36,141 nucleotides of DNA. It comes from an uncultured Gemmobacter sp. (GTDB taxonomy: Bacteria > Pseudomonadota > Alphaproteobacteria > Rhodobacterales > Rhodobacteraceae). The notes beneath the pieces were generated by a model. The model saw nothing but the letters and a program-made list of their open reading frames with translations, was not told the origin of the DNA and did no database searches. Positions 21,364 to 30,936 of this stretch are shown here, piece after piece. Every line of letters starts with the position of its first letter. The stretch's first letter is position 1. The DNA is taken from assembly GCA_937983495.1 (NCBI GenBank), contig CALKAA010000112.1, positions 1-36,141 of the forward strand. The letters run 5' to 3'. The position numbers were made by a program, and so were the translations under genes.

Positions 21364-24280
21364 CCTCTGCCCCTACGATTTCGGGTGTTGCGGTTTGGGT
21401 CATTTCCCATTCGCCAAATCGCGCCAAATGATCGTAATCGCCAGCAAAATTCGTTTCAAACATGGCCCTGCGCGAGGTATATCCGGTTTCGCGCTGTGAA
21501 TAGCGCGCAATCAGCCGATGCAGAGCCTCCCATGTCTGGCCCGAGAGTTCGGCCGTGATTTCTGTCGTCACCATTTTGGGTGAAGAACCAAGGCCGAGAT
21601 AGGTGATCCGCGCCACTTCCGTCGGCCCGATCTGGCCAAATGCGCCACGTTCAGCCATGCAGGCTGCCAGAAGCAATTGCTTGTCAAAGCTGGCTTGCTG
21701 CGCAGGTGTTGGTGGGTTTCCGGTTTTGTAATCAAGGATATGCAGGCGACCGTCTGGCAATATGTCAATGCGGTCCGGCGTGCCCGACAGGATGAAATCC
21801 AGCGGTGCCAGGCGAATGCGCCCCTTTTCCTCAAGGCTGACCGGAGTGCCGCCCAGCATACCGTCATGTTCCAGAAAGAAGTCCGCCGCCCGCGCCAGCC
21901 GTGCCATCCAGAGCATTCTTGCAGCAGGCCAGGGCACTTCTTCGATCAGCACGCTTTCGGCTACAGAAAGCAGAACAGACCGGGCGGCATCACGATCATG
22001 CTGGCCGCGCATCCGGACATAAGTTTCCAGAATTTTATGCAGAGTTGAGCCGCGCAAACGGGCATCCGGAACCGGGTGCATGGGGTTGAGGGGGTATAGC
22101 CGCAAGATGTAGCGGGCATATATTTCGTAAGGATTTCGGATCAATGTTGCGATACGGGTAAGCGGCAGTTCACGCGGGCGATGTGCCAAGGGGGGGCGAG
22201 GGGAGGGGCGGCGGGCCAAGGGCGTTTCCGCTGCCGGTTTTTCCAGCGCATCAGCCATGTGCAGCCACAGCCTGCCGCGCGCGCGCATGGCCTCCAGCGC
22301 TGCGGGGCCCTGGCGCGCAGGCAGTCCGCCCAACAGATTGGTCAGCCGATTGAGCCAACGTGAAGGCACGGTTTCAGCCTCGGCGTCTCGACGAGCGCGG
22401 CTGAGAACAACGCGCGGGGCTCCGATCGCCATTTGGTAATCATGCGCTGACAGGCCAATCTGCCGCTCTGGCAGGCTGAGCCCCGCATCCTTGCGCATGC
22501 GCCGGTTCAGCCATGGGTCCGGTGCGGGCAGTTTGGGCCAGATCCCGTCATTCAGGCCTGCAAGAATGACCAGATCCGCGCCGTTGACCCGCGCTTCCAA
22601 GGTGCCCTGAATCACAATCTGCGGATGCACGCCGCGATCATCCCGCACTTCGCCGCGCTGTAACACGGAGTCGAACAGGTTGCGGTAGTCATGCACAGCC
22701 AAAACGCCTGCGATGGGCGCTTCGAACTGCAACTCGTCTAACAAGCGGCGGGCCTCTTGCCCTGCCGCTCCCTGCCAAAGTTTGCCACTCTCGGTGCCCC
22801 AAGGGCCGCAAGACATGGCCTCTGCCACAGCCAGGTGGCGCTCCAGATGCAGCGAAAGATTTTGCCGTCTGATATGTGCCAAGCCTGACAGTTGGCTCCC
22901 GATCCAGTGAGCCCAATTTGCGGCTTCGGGATGCTTCTGCGTGGAAGCCCAAAGCGCCAGACTTTCGGCGGTCGGAAAAGGGGGGCCCTTGCGACGCAGC
23001 GAAAGTTCCAGTTCACGGGTGAACAGAAGGTGCTGGCCGCGTTCGGCTCCGCTGCCCGTCAGCGGATGCTTCAACAAGGTGATCAGGGCTTCGGAGGTCA
23101 GTTTTTGGCCGAACAGAGACAGAATATGTCGCAAGAACCGCCCTGGTGCGGTGAGAGGCAGGGGGCGGCCGGCCGAGTCGTCCGGTACCAGGCGCCAACG
23201 ATCCAGCGCGGCTTCGACCTGACGGGTCAGGCCACGATCGGGTGTGATCAGGGCTGCGCTCACCCCTTGCTCTGCGGCCTCCCGCAAGATCAGGGCAACG
23301 GCAAGTGCCTCATCTCGCGGGCTGTCAGCCTCAATCAGGGTCATGTCGCGTGTTGCAAGGTCCAGATCATGCAAATGCTGGCCTTCGGTAAGCCATTGAT
23401 CGGTGACAGGGGCAGGCCTCAGCGACAGTGAGACCAGCCGGTTGCGGGCGGGGCAGGGGGCGGGCGCGTCCGTCCAGCGCTTGACTGTTTCGGGCCGACA
23501 GGCCAGTGCATCGAACAGCTTGCAATACCGATATTGTGGGTGATCCTCGGCTGTCAGGGCATCGTTCATGCCCTCCCACACCGAATTTGGCTGATCGAAA
23601 TCATAGCCCGGTAGAACGATCATCCCATTGGCGAGGCCAGACACGGCCTGCATAAGCATGAGTGTGGTTTTGCGCGATCCGGTCGATCCCGCAACAATGA
23701 CAGGCCCGGGAGGCGGGCTGTTTTGCCATAGCCCTGGCAGGGCTTCGATCACCCGTCGCAGCCGCGCCTGTGGGTCCGGGGCCTCGTCTGAGGCAAAAAA
23801 CGTCTCTAGAATGGCCAGAAACGCCTGACTGCGTGACCAGTGCGCGGAATGGTTCGAGACATCCAGTGTGGCGATCTGATCAGGCGTCACACCCTCGCCC
23901 TGCATTTCGTCCATCAGGCTGGCGAGGCTGTCGGCCAGATCGAAAACAGCGGCACGCGGTGCCAGATCGGGCTGTGCCTCCAGCAAGCCAAGCACCAACT
24001 GTGTCAGCTCCAGCCTGCGTCGCAATCCGGGCACCGAGGGAGGAATGCCCAGTCGTGCGGCTTCGGGTGACAGGTCTGTGACCAGTCGCAAGCGCGGCAA
24101 AAGGATGGCGCCCTCCGCCGTGAGCAGTTGGCTGACGCGACGGCGCATGCGCTGGCTGTTGAGAAACACCGTCACCTTCGCCATGGCTTCCGGGGGGTGC
24201 CCCGCCATACGTCGATGCAGCCCGGCAACAAATTGCGCCGGAAAGTCGATCCCGGGGGGCAGGGCAAACAGGTTATCCAT
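21356..24280 (-). CDS. addB: Double-strand break repair protein AddB
   Basis: AGSTGS, EDHPQY, DPWLNR, DRID...DYKTG and DYDHLAR motifs. The start ATG 24280 overlaps the end of murU. Confidence 0.95.
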   Translation of the reverse strand: MDNLFALPPGIDFPAQFVAGLHRRMAGHPPEAMAKVTVFLNSQRMRRRVSQLLTAEGAILLPRLRLVTDLSPEAARLGIPPSVPGLRRRLELTQLVLGLLEAQPDLAPRAAVFDLADSLASLMDEMQGEGVTPDQIATLDVSNHSAHWSRSQAFLAILETFFASDEAPDPQARLRRVIEALPGLWQNSPPPGPVIVAGSTGSRKTTLMLMQAVSGLANGMIVLPGYDFDQPNSVWEGMNDALTAEDHPQYRYCKLFDALACRPETVKRWTDAPAPCPARNRLVSLSLRPAPVTDQWLTEGQHLHDLDLATRDMTLIEADSPRDEALAVALILREAAEQGVSAALITPDRGLTRQVEAALDRWRLVPDDSAGRPLPLTAPGRFLRHILSLFGQKLTSEALITLLKHPLTGSGAERGQHLLFTRELELSLRRKGPPFPTAESLALWASTQKHPEAANWAHWIGSQLSGLAHIRRQNLSLHLERHLAVAEAMSCGPWGTESGKLWQGAAGQEARRLLDELQFEAPIAGVLAVHDYRNLFDSVLQRGEVRDDRGVHPQIVIQGTLEARVNGADLVILAGLNDGIWPKLPAPDPWLNRRMRKDAGLSLPERQIGLSAHDYQMAIGAPRVVLSRARRDAEAETVPSRWLNRLTNLLGGLPARQGPAALEAMRARGRLWLHMADALEKPAAETPLARRPSPRPPLAHRPRELPLTRIATLIRNPYEIYARYILRLYPLNPMHPVPDARLRGSTLHKILETYVRMRGQHDRDAARSVLLSVAESVLIEEVPWPAARMLWMARLARAADFFLEHDGMLGGTPVSLEEKGRIRLAPLDFILSGTPDRIDILPDGRLHILDYKTGNPPTPAQQASFDKQLLLAACMAERGAFGQIGPTEVARITYLGLGSSPKMVTTEITAELSGQTWEALHRLIARYSQRETGYTSRRAMFETNFAGDYDHLARFGEWEMTQTATPEIVGAEDA

Positions 24281-24956
24281 TGGCAAGCAGCTTTTCCGCC
24301 AGCGCGATGCCTTCGGGCCGTCCGACATCGGCACAACCCCCCTTATGCACCAGACCGAAAGCGCGGCCACGCGCAATCGCATTGTCCCACAGGACGTTCA
24401 AAGAAAAGGCATCCTGTTTGATTGCCTTCAGTCCATCCGTGCGGGTGATATGGGCCCCGATATAGGTGTGGCCGGGGCGGCCTTGCGCGCGGGTCAGCCG
24501 ATGGTCCGCATCCATGACAAAATCGCCGGTGCCATGGTGCCCGGTAAAGTCTGCGGCTGGCAGCAAGAGCAGCAACACATCCATGCGGGCTGGATCCCAA
24601 GCCTCTGCCAACTGCTTCAGGGGGTTTTGGCCTGTCCAGACCCCATCGCTGTTCAGCACAAAAACCGGGTCCGCCGCCAAAAGCGGCAAGGCGGCCCGCA
24701 GGCCGCCGCCGGTTTCCAGAATTTGGGCGCTTTCATCTGAAATCAGGATGTCGGGCCGTTCTCGCAGATGATCCCGGATCTGCTCTGCCAGGTAATGCGT
24801 GTTCACTACGGTTCTCAGCCCCGGAAGTGCCTGGGCCAGGGCATGATCCAGCAGGCATTTTCCGCCAACCTCGATCAAGGGTTTGGGGCGATTGGCCGTC
24901 AGGGCACCCATCCTTGTGCCGAATCCTGCGGCGAAAATCATCAGGGCGTTGGGCAT
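24273..24956 (-). CDS. murU: Nucleotidyltransferase (MurNAc-alpha-1-phosphate uridylyltransferase MurU-like)
   Basis: AAGFGTRM, PKPL, LETGGG, NSD and DVG motifs. Directly downstream of amgK. Confidence 0.85.
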   Translation of the reverse strand: MPNALMIFAAGFGTRMGALTANRPKPLIEVGGKCLLDHALAQALPGLRTVVNTHYLAEQIRDHLRERPDILISDESAQILETGGGLRAALPLLAADPVFVLNSDGVWTGQNPLKQLAEAWDPARMDVLLLLLPAADFTGHHGTGDFVMDADHRLTRAQGRPGHTYIGAHITRTDGLKAIKQDAFSLNVLWDNAIARGRAFGLVHKGGCADVGRPEGIALAEKLLANG

Positions 24957-25945
24957 TGATCGGCGATCCTTGCGAGGCGTTCTGGGCTGGGTGCGGGCAG
25001 CAGCTCATTGCATAGCGGGGCCAACCGCGCCAGCGCCGGATGGCTGAGGTTTTGCTGCAATTGAAGCCAGACTCGTGGTATCAAGTGCAAGTAACCGGGC
25101 TTGCCGCCATGCAGGCAGAGGCGCGCAAAAATACCCAGGATGCGCAGGGCTCTTTGTGTGCCGAGTGTGGCATAGGCGGCGGCAAATGCTGTTTCACTTT
25201 TGCCGCTGACCAAACGGAAAGTGGCGCAGGTTTCGGCTTCGACCTCCGGGCGCACATCGCGGCGGGCGTCTTGCAGAAGCGAGACCAGATCATATTCTGG
25301 CTGGCCAGCCTGAGCCAGTTGGAAATCCAACAGCCCAACGCGTGCCAAGCCTGTTCTTTCCGGCAACCAAAGCAGGTTTTCAGCATGGAAATCCCGCAAG
25401 ATCAGAACACGCGGCCCATCGGCGTGGCGAGCCAGTGCTTCGGTCAGGGTCGCAATGAAATCGGCAGTGTCGCAGCGTGTTCCTGTAATGCCAAAGCGAT
25501 ACCAGTCCAGTGCGAAAGCTGCGGCTTCGGCCCAATCCTGTGCTGTCAGATCGGGGAGCCCTGGCGGGAGAGGAGCGTTTTGCAGGTGGAGAAGCGTGTG
25601 GGCGGCCTCGGCATAAAGCTCTGTTTCAGCCGAGGGATCGCTGGCAAGCAGGCGCGCATAAATGCCATCGCCCAAGTCTTCCAGCAACAAAAAGCCGTTT
25701 TCCAGGTCTTTGGCCAGGACGCGTGGTGCCGAAAGGCCAAGCGCTCCCAGATGCTGCGCGATGGCAATGAAGGCCGCCGGGTCATCGCCGCGACCGGGAG
25801 GGGCGTCCATCAGAACGGCCGTCTCGCTGCCAAGGCGCAGCCGATCATAGCTGCGGTCTGACGCATCGCCGGCGAGAAACCGTCTCTCGGCGGCCCCCCA
25901 GCCGCAGGCCTCCAGAAAGCGCTGCGATAGATCAAGTCTGGTCAT
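24941..25945 (-). CDS. amgK: Anomeric MurNAc/GlcNAc kinase AmgK (aminoglycoside phosphotransferase fold)
   Basis: LAGDASDRSYDR, LLEDLGD, RDFHAENL and LDFQ motifs, in the tsaE-amgK-murU context. Confidence 0.85.
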   Translation of the reverse strand: MTRLDLSQRFLEACGWGAAERRFLAGDASDRSYDRLRLGSETAVLMDAPPGRGDDPAAFIAIAQHLGALGLSAPRVLAKDLENGFLLLEDLGDGIYARLLASDPSAETELYAEAAHTLLHLQNAPLPPGLPDLTAQDWAEAAAFALDWYRFGITGTRCDTADFIATLTEALARHADGPRVLILRDFHAENLLWLPERTGLARVGLLDFQLAQAGQPEYDLVSLLQDARRDVRPEVEAETCATFRLVSGKSETAFAAAYATLGTQRALRILGIFARLCLHGGKPGYLHLIPRVWLQLQQNLSHPALARLAPLCNELLPAPSPERLARIADQCPTP

Positions 25946-26388
25946 GCGATCCCCTCCAGCAAGGGGTGATCGACCGGGTTGAATGTCACCCGACGCCCAT
26001 TCTCCTCTGTCGAAAATGCAAGGTGCAGGGCATTGGGCGGGGCCAGATCGCCCAGGCGATCCGGCCATTCAACCAAGCAAATCGCGGTTGAAAAGGCGGC
26101 TTCCAGCCCCAGCTCCATGACCTCATCAGGATGTGAGAGGCGGTAGAGGTCGGCATGCCAAATCTCTGCCCCGCTACCTTCATAGGTCTGAATCAGTGTG
26201 AATGTGGGCGAGGGCACGTCGATCTCGTGCCCCATCAGCGCTCTGATCACTGCGCGGGAAAAATGCGTTTTTCCAGCACCGATCTGGCCGGAGAGCAGCA
26301 AGACCTCCCCAGCCCTCAGCTTTGGTGCGAGGTGTCTGGCGAGCCTGTCAGTGGCCGCCTCATCGGGCAGGAACAAGGATGCAATCAT
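25942..26388 (-). CDS. tsaE: tRNA threonylcarbamoyladenosine ATPase TsaE
   Basis: GQIGAGKT, VPSPTFTL, HADLYRL and VEW motifs. Start ATG 26388, with TTG 26424 as an alternative. Confidence 0.95.
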   Translation of the reverse strand: MIASLFLPDEAATDRLARHLAPKLRAGEVLLLSGQIGAGKTHFSRAVIRALMGHEIDVPSPTFTLIQTYEGSGAEIWHADLYRLSHPDEVMELGLEAAFSTAICLVEWPDRLGDLAPPNALHLAFSTEENGRRVTFNPVDHPLLEGIA

Positions 26389-26396
26389 GTGGGACA

Positions 26397-26424
26397 GTTT
26401 TACCGCCCACTCCGGCACCCGCAA
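26397..26424 (-). promoter_or_regulatory. Possible internal promoter with a very short leader for tsaE
   Basis: TTGCGG-16 bp-TAAAAC ends 8 nt before the ATG at 26388, and there is no obvious RBS. Confidence 0.3.
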
Positions 26425-26430
26425 GCAGGA

Positions 26431-28020
26431 TCAGGCGCGTTTCAGTTGACGCTCGAGGTGTAGCGCGTGTCCGCTAAGGGTATCTCGTTCGGGAGTGCTG
26501 AATTTGACCAAAGTGGCACCACCAGGCAAGGCGCGCAATTCGCAACGGATCAGCCTGCCATCCAGCAGACGCACTTCGCCCGCCAGCATGTCACAATTTG
26601 CGGCCGTGTTACAAAATGCTTCGGCTTCTGCCCAGAAGCTGCTGGGGGCGCAGCGGTCTTGCCACCATTTGCAAATCTGTTTGAGACTGGTCTGGCCAAG
26701 GCTGCTGGCCGGATCATGGTCCCACAGGGCGGCGTAGCTGGAATTGGCAAGCACCAGCGCCCCACCCGAGGAAAAGACCGCGACGGCTTGATCCAGGGCA
26801 TCCAGCACCGATTGGCCAAGCTCCAGATCTGCCCGAAAGCGCCGGATGCGCGACATTTCGGTCGAGATGTCATCAAACATCAGGGCCAATGCCCCATTGG
26901 GGTGCGGGCGGCCGACCAATCGGTAAGTCTGCCCGGATGGCAGGTTCCAGGTTTCTTCATAAAGGCCAGAGGAGGCGGCCTTTTCCAGCTCGCTCATCTG
27001 TTTGCGCCAGCTTCGATAATCTTTCGGCTCCGGGATCATGTTGCGGTCCCGCATGGCATCCAGAAAGGCAAAAAGTGTTGGGCGTGCCGAAAGAAAATCT
27101 GGCGGCAGTTCACAGAGGTCCAGAAGCGCCGGATTGAACAGGGCCAACTGTCGCTGCCTGTCAAAGATGGCAAGGCCGGTGGGCAGATGAGCAAAAGTCT
27201 TGGTCAGGGTCTGGGTGAAGTCGCGCAGCGACGATTCGGCCTTGACCGTTTGATCGCAGGGCGTTGCGTAGAACAGCCGCTCATTGCCATCTTCTTCATG
27301 TGTCACGTCATACCAGTTGCCTTCGCCATTGGGTGAGGGCAGTTTGTGTCGGTGGCTGGTAAAGCCTTGTGTCACATGAGTGGCCGTCATGCGCCCGTCA
27401 AACAGTCTGGGCAGCGGCCAGGTCAGATCACGACCTGCTTCAAGCCTGGTGGCGGCCTCAGCCAGATAGCGGGCATTGGCCCAGATGACCTCACCCGTCG
27501 CGCTCTCGCGCCAGATCAGCATCGGGCTGCGCGCAATCGCGGCACGAAGATGCTGAACCTCTTGATGCAGGGCCTTTTGTGTCAGCAGATCCTGATTACC
27601 CTTTTCAGGCAGGCTTTCGGCCTCATGCAGCGCAATACGGGTCAGGCCGCCCCGCAGTTCGGCTTCGACAGCCAGCATGCTACCGTCTGGCTGTGGCTCT
27701 GTCAGGGCGATCTGGCCGACCTCGTGCAGAACGGCCAGCCGTTGTTCCACCTCTGGAAAACGGGGGGCGAGATAGGCAAGCAAACGCAACCATGGCGACC
27801 CATTTCCACCTTGCGCGATCAGTGCCCGCGCCGAGGGGGTGGCGTCGATCAGCATATCGCCGTCGAACAGAAAGGTCGTGCCGCCGCTGCGATCCGCGAA
27901 AACTGTGGTGGATGTGTTGTCGCCGCTGCTGTGCAGGGCGGCAAGAAGGAAGATGCTGCCAAGGGCGATCAGCCCACAGGTCAACACCAGCACCATTGAG
28001 GGCACCCAATCCGTCAGCAT
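26431..28020 (-). CDS. divL: Membrane-anchored multi-PAS protein without a kinase domain (Rhodobacter truncated DivL-like)
   Basis: N-terminal TM helix and PAS repeats (TFAHLPTGLAIFD...LFNPA; LDALDQAVAVF), with no H-box or HATPase domain. It lies between regB and tsaE, where I recall the R. capsulatus truncated divL sits, and has an upstream CtrA box. Confidence 0.7.
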   Translation of the reverse strand: MLTDWVPSMVLVLTCGLIALGSIFLLAALHSSGDNTSTTVFADRSGGTTFLFDGDMLIDATPSARALIAQGGNGSPWLRLLAYLAPRFPEVEQRLAVLHEVGQIALTEPQPDGSMLAVEAELRGGLTRIALHEAESLPEKGNQDLLTQKALHQEVQHLRAAIARSPMLIWRESATGEVIWANARYLAEAATRLEAGRDLTWPLPRLFDGRMTATHVTQGFTSHRHKLPSPNGEGNWYDVTHEEDGNERLFYATPCDQTVKAESSLRDFTQTLTKTFAHLPTGLAIFDRQRQLALFNPALLDLCELPPDFLSARPTLFAFLDAMRDRNMIPEPKDYRSWRKQMSELEKAASSGLYEETWNLPSGQTYRLVGRPHPNGALALMFDDISTEMSRIRRFRADLELGQSVLDALDQAVAVFSSGGALVLANSSYAALWDHDPASSLGQTSLKQICKWWQDRCAPSSFWAEAEAFCNTAANCDMLAGEVRLLDGRLIRCELRALPGGATLVKFSTPERDTLSGHALHLERQLKRA

Positions 28021-28067
28021 GTCGAATCCCCAAGCATTCTGCCTTTGGAGCAGCTTGCAGATGGAAG

Positions 28068-28083
28068 GTTAATGCTTGGTTAA
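28068..28083 (-). promoter_or_regulatory. Full CtrA-binding site
   Basis: The minus strand reads TTAA-CCAAGCA-TTAAC, a perfect TTAA-N7-TTAAC, about 48 bp upstream of the PAS gene start. Confidence 0.8.
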
Positions 28084-28124
28084 GGCTGCTCTGGCCCGAC
28101 TTGGCCTGAACCGGCGGCCTTGGC

Positions 28125-29477
28125 TTACATGTTCAGCGGATTTTGCCCCAATGGCCCGGCTGGTGCCACGATGCGTGCCAGTGGCCAGTGCAGTTCGACA
28201 ATGGCCCCGCCGCCTGCCTCCGGTGCCAGATTGGCAAAGGACAGCCGCGCGCCAGTTCGTTCCAACAGCGTTTTGGCAATGAATAGACCAAGCCCCATAC
28301 CTTCATATTCGGGGCGCTGATCCTGTCTTGCGGTTGGGTCCTGGCCTGGCCTTCGGCTGCGCAGGAAGGGCTCACCCAAACGCCCCAGTTCATGCGCCGG
28401 ATAGCCGGGGCCATCGTCGCGAATACGCATCACCAACTGATCTGCGCTCCATTCCGCTTCGACAGTGACGGTGGATCGGGCGAAATCCACGGCATTCTGG
28501 ATCAGGTTGCGTAGCCCGTGCAGCACTTCGGGTTGCCGCTGCACCAGCAGATCGGACGCATCGGGCTGGGGTGGGATCAGCGTAAAGGTAACGGTTTTGC
28601 CGCGCGCCATATGCGGTTCTGCCGCCTCGGCCAGCAGAGATGAAAGCGGCGCTTGCCGTAGGTGCAGGTCATCCCTCCCTGCCCTGCCCATGCTGCGCAG
28701 GATCTCGCGGCAGCGGTCAGCCTGTTCCCGGATCAGCCGGGCATCCGATTGCAGGTCCGGTTGATCGTCCAACTCGTCGATCAGCTCTGTGCTGACCAGC
28801 TTGATGGTTGCCAGAGGCGTGCCCAACTCATGCGCTGCTGCGGCAACAACGCCGCCAAGATCGGTCAGCTTCTGTGCCCTGGCCAGCGCCATCTGAGTGG
28901 CCAGCAGGGCCTCTTGCATGGCATGGATTTCTGCCGAAACGCGATGGGCATAAGAGCCGAGAAACAGAATTCCGATCACCACAGCCAGCCAGAAGCCAAA
29001 GGCAAACAGCGGTGGCAGGCTGAAGGTCATGCCGTCAGGCAGCGACAGCGGCAAATGCGTCACTGACAAGGCCGAAACACAGGCAATCGCAGCCCCGCCC
29101 AGAACCAGTGTCGCCCGTGCTGTCAGGGCCGTTGCCGAGATTGTCACGGGGGCTACGATCAGCAACACAAAAGGGTTGGTCAATCCGCCGGTCAACCATA
29201 GCAACAGCGCAAGCTGCGCCAGATCGAAGCTCAGCACCAGAAACACCTGATGCTCTGAAAGCCGGGTGTTTTCTGGGTAGAGAAATTGCAGGAACAGATT
29301 GCCAACGACAGACAGGCCGATCACCAGCATGCAAAGTCCGATTGGCAGACCGATGCCAAAGAGGCGGTGCGCTATCAGCAGCGTCACCCCCTGTCCAAGA
29401 ATGGCGGCCCAGCGGATCAGAGTCAGGGTGCGCAGTTGCAGCACACCGCCGGAGGAGGGAAAGGCAAGTTCGGTCAT
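28125..29477 (-). CDS. regB: Redox sensor histidine kinase RegB (PrrB/ActS)
   Basis: GGLTNPF quinone-binding motif, H-box AAAAHELGTPL, redox-box Cys in RCREIL, NAVDFA and GMGLGLF. The ATG at 29477 is preceded by AGGA. Confidence 0.96.
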   Translation of the reverse strand: MTELAFPSSGGVLQLRTLTLIRWAAILGQGVTLLIAHRLFGIGLPIGLCMLVIGLSVVGNLFLQFLYPENTRLSEHQVFLVLSFDLAQLALLLWLTGGLTNPFVLLIVAPVTISATALTARATLVLGGAAIACVSALSVTHLPLSLPDGMTFSLPPLFAFGFWLAVVIGILFLGSYAHRVSAEIHAMQEALLATQMALARAQKLTDLGGVVAAAAHELGTPLATIKLVSTELIDELDDQPDLQSDARLIREQADRCREILRSMGRAGRDDLHLRQAPLSSLLAEAAEPHMARGKTVTFTLIPPQPDASDLLVQRQPEVLHGLRNLIQNAVDFARSTVTVEAEWSADQLVMRIRDDGPGYPAHELGRLGEPFLRSRRPGQDPTARQDQRPEYEGMGLGLFIAKTLLERTGARLSFANLAPEAGGGAIVELHWPLARIVAPAGPLGQNPLNM

Positions 29478-29564
29478 GGGGTGGCGTCCTGCCGCAGTTG
29501 CGGATTTGCCATTGTTAAAAGGCCTGTCATGCGGGATCAATGCGCCCGGAAACAGCGCAGGTGC

Positions 29565-30200
29565 ATGATGCAGAAACTTTATGCCGGAATTGCCGTGGCA
29601 GCCCTGGCCGGGATCGTGGTCGGGCCGCTGGTCTATCGCCAGATCAACAGCTCAACTGACCCCTTCATGGCGTGTCGTCAGGGGGCTGTGGGGGGTGGCG
29701 CAATTGGCGGACCGTTCACGCTGATCAATGGTGATGGCCAGACGGTGACCGATGCGCAGGTCATCACCAAACCGTCTCTGGTATATTTCGGCTATACCTT
29801 CTGCCCGGACATTTGCCCCTTTGATGCGGCGCGCAATGCGCAAGCTATCGACCTGCTGGAGGGCAAGGGGGTGGACGCCCAGCCGGTCTTTATCTCCATC
29901 GACCCAAAACGGGATACGCCCGAGGTGATGAAAGATTTTGCTGCGAACTTGCATCCGAAAATGGTGGGGCTGACGGGCAGCGAAGAACAGGTCAAAGCGG
30001 CCTCGCTGGCTTACAAGACATATTTCAAGGCGCAACCGGCAGAGGATGAGTTTTACCTCGTTGATCACTCGACCTTCACATATCTGGTCTTGCCGCAGAT
30101 TGGCTTTGTCGAGTTTTTCAAGCGGGAAACCACGCCGGAGCAGATGGCCGAGACCACAGCCTGTTACATAGAAGCTGCGAAAGGCCTGCCACAAAATTGA
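29565..30200 (+). CDS. senC: SCO family copper chaperone SenC (PrrC)
   Basis: FGYTFCPDICP, DPKRDT, GLTG and VDHS motifs. Lies between regB and regA. Confidence 0.94.
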   Translation: MMQKLYAGIAVAALAGIVVGPLVYRQINSSTDPFMACRQGAVGGGAIGGPFTLINGDGQTVTDAQVITKPSLVYFGYTFCPDICPFDAARNAQAIDLLEGKGVDAQPVFISIDPKRDTPEVMKDFAANLHPKMVGLTGSEEQVKAASLAYKTYFKAQPAEDEFYLVDHSTFTYLVLPQIGFVEFFKRETTPEQMAETTACYIEAAKGLPQN

Positions 30201-30225
30201 CCTTTGGCCCAAAGCGGCCTAGGTA
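30197..30225 (+). promoter_or_regulatory. Possible internal promoter of regA
   Basis: TTGACC-17 bp-TAGGTA overlapping the senC stop. Confidence 0.35.
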
Positions 30226-30257
30226 TTACACGGGTGGCGTGAAACGGGGATGAGGCA

Positions 30258-30812
30258 ATGATGGATGATCTGAGCGCCGAGCTGGGCCCGGACCGCACGT
30301 TGCTGCTGGTCGATGATGATGAATCCTTTGTGAAGCGCCTCGCCAAAGCGATGGAGAAGCGCGGCTTTATCACGGAAACGGCCGAAAGTGTCGCGGCTGG
30401 CAAGGCCATTGCGCAAAGCCGCCCGCCCGCCTATGCGGTGGTTGATCTGCGTCTGGAAGATGGCAATGGTCTCGATGTGGTCGAGGCTCTGCGTGAGCGT
30501 CGTCCGGATTGCCGTATTGTGGTTTTGACAGGATATGGGGCCATTGCAACGGCCGTCGCAGCTGTGAAAATCGGCGCTACAGACTATCTCTCAAAGCCTG
30601 CGGATGCCAATGAAGTGACCAATGCGCTTCTTGCGCGCGGGGAGGTTTTGCCAGAACCACCCGAAAACCCGATGTCGGCAGATCGGGTGCGTTGGGAACA
30701 TATTCAGCGTGTTTACGAGATGTGCGATCGCAATGTTTCGGAAACCGCGCGCCGTTTGAACATGCATCGGCGCACGCTGCAACGCATCCTCGCAAAGCGT
30801 AGCCCGAAATAA
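30258..30812 (+). CDS. regA: Response regulator RegA (PrrA/ActR)
   Basis: VDDD, DLRL, LTGYG and the highly conserved C-terminus PMSADRVRWEHIQRVYEMCDRNVSETARRLNMHRRTLQRIL. Confidence 0.98.
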   Translation: MMDDLSAELGPDRTLLLVDDDESFVKRLAKAMEKRGFITETAESVAAGKAIAQSRPPAYAVVDLRLEDGNGLDVVEALRERRPDCRIVVLTGYGAIATAVAAVKIGATDYLSKPADANEVTNALLARGEVLPEPPENPMSADRVRWEHIQRVYEMCDRNVSETARRLNMHRRTLQRILAKRSPK

Positions 30813-30814
30813 GA

Positions 30815-30843
30815 TTGCCGATTGGTCAATGCAGGATTATAAG
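30815..30843 (+). promoter_or_regulatory. Putative sigma70 promoter of hvrA
   Basis: TTGCCG-17 bp-TATAAG in the AT-rich regA-hvrA gap. Confidence 0.45.
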
Positions 30844-30936
30844 CATGGGTAATATACCCGTGCTGGTATTCTTTGGTGCTTGCTAAAGATCGCCAGAAAT
30901 CCACAAAATGCCAGAAAACCCGCAAAGGAATGCCAG

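Noticed and set aside
24941-25945. Aminoglycoside phosphotransferase as a resistance gene
   Set aside because: The tsaE-kinase-nucleotidyltransferase-addB context identifies it as the housekeeping AmgK.
30815-30829. FNR-like TTGCC-N5-GTCAA upstream of hvrA
   Set aside because: The spacing is one base too long and the half-sites are poor. It is better explained as a -35 region.
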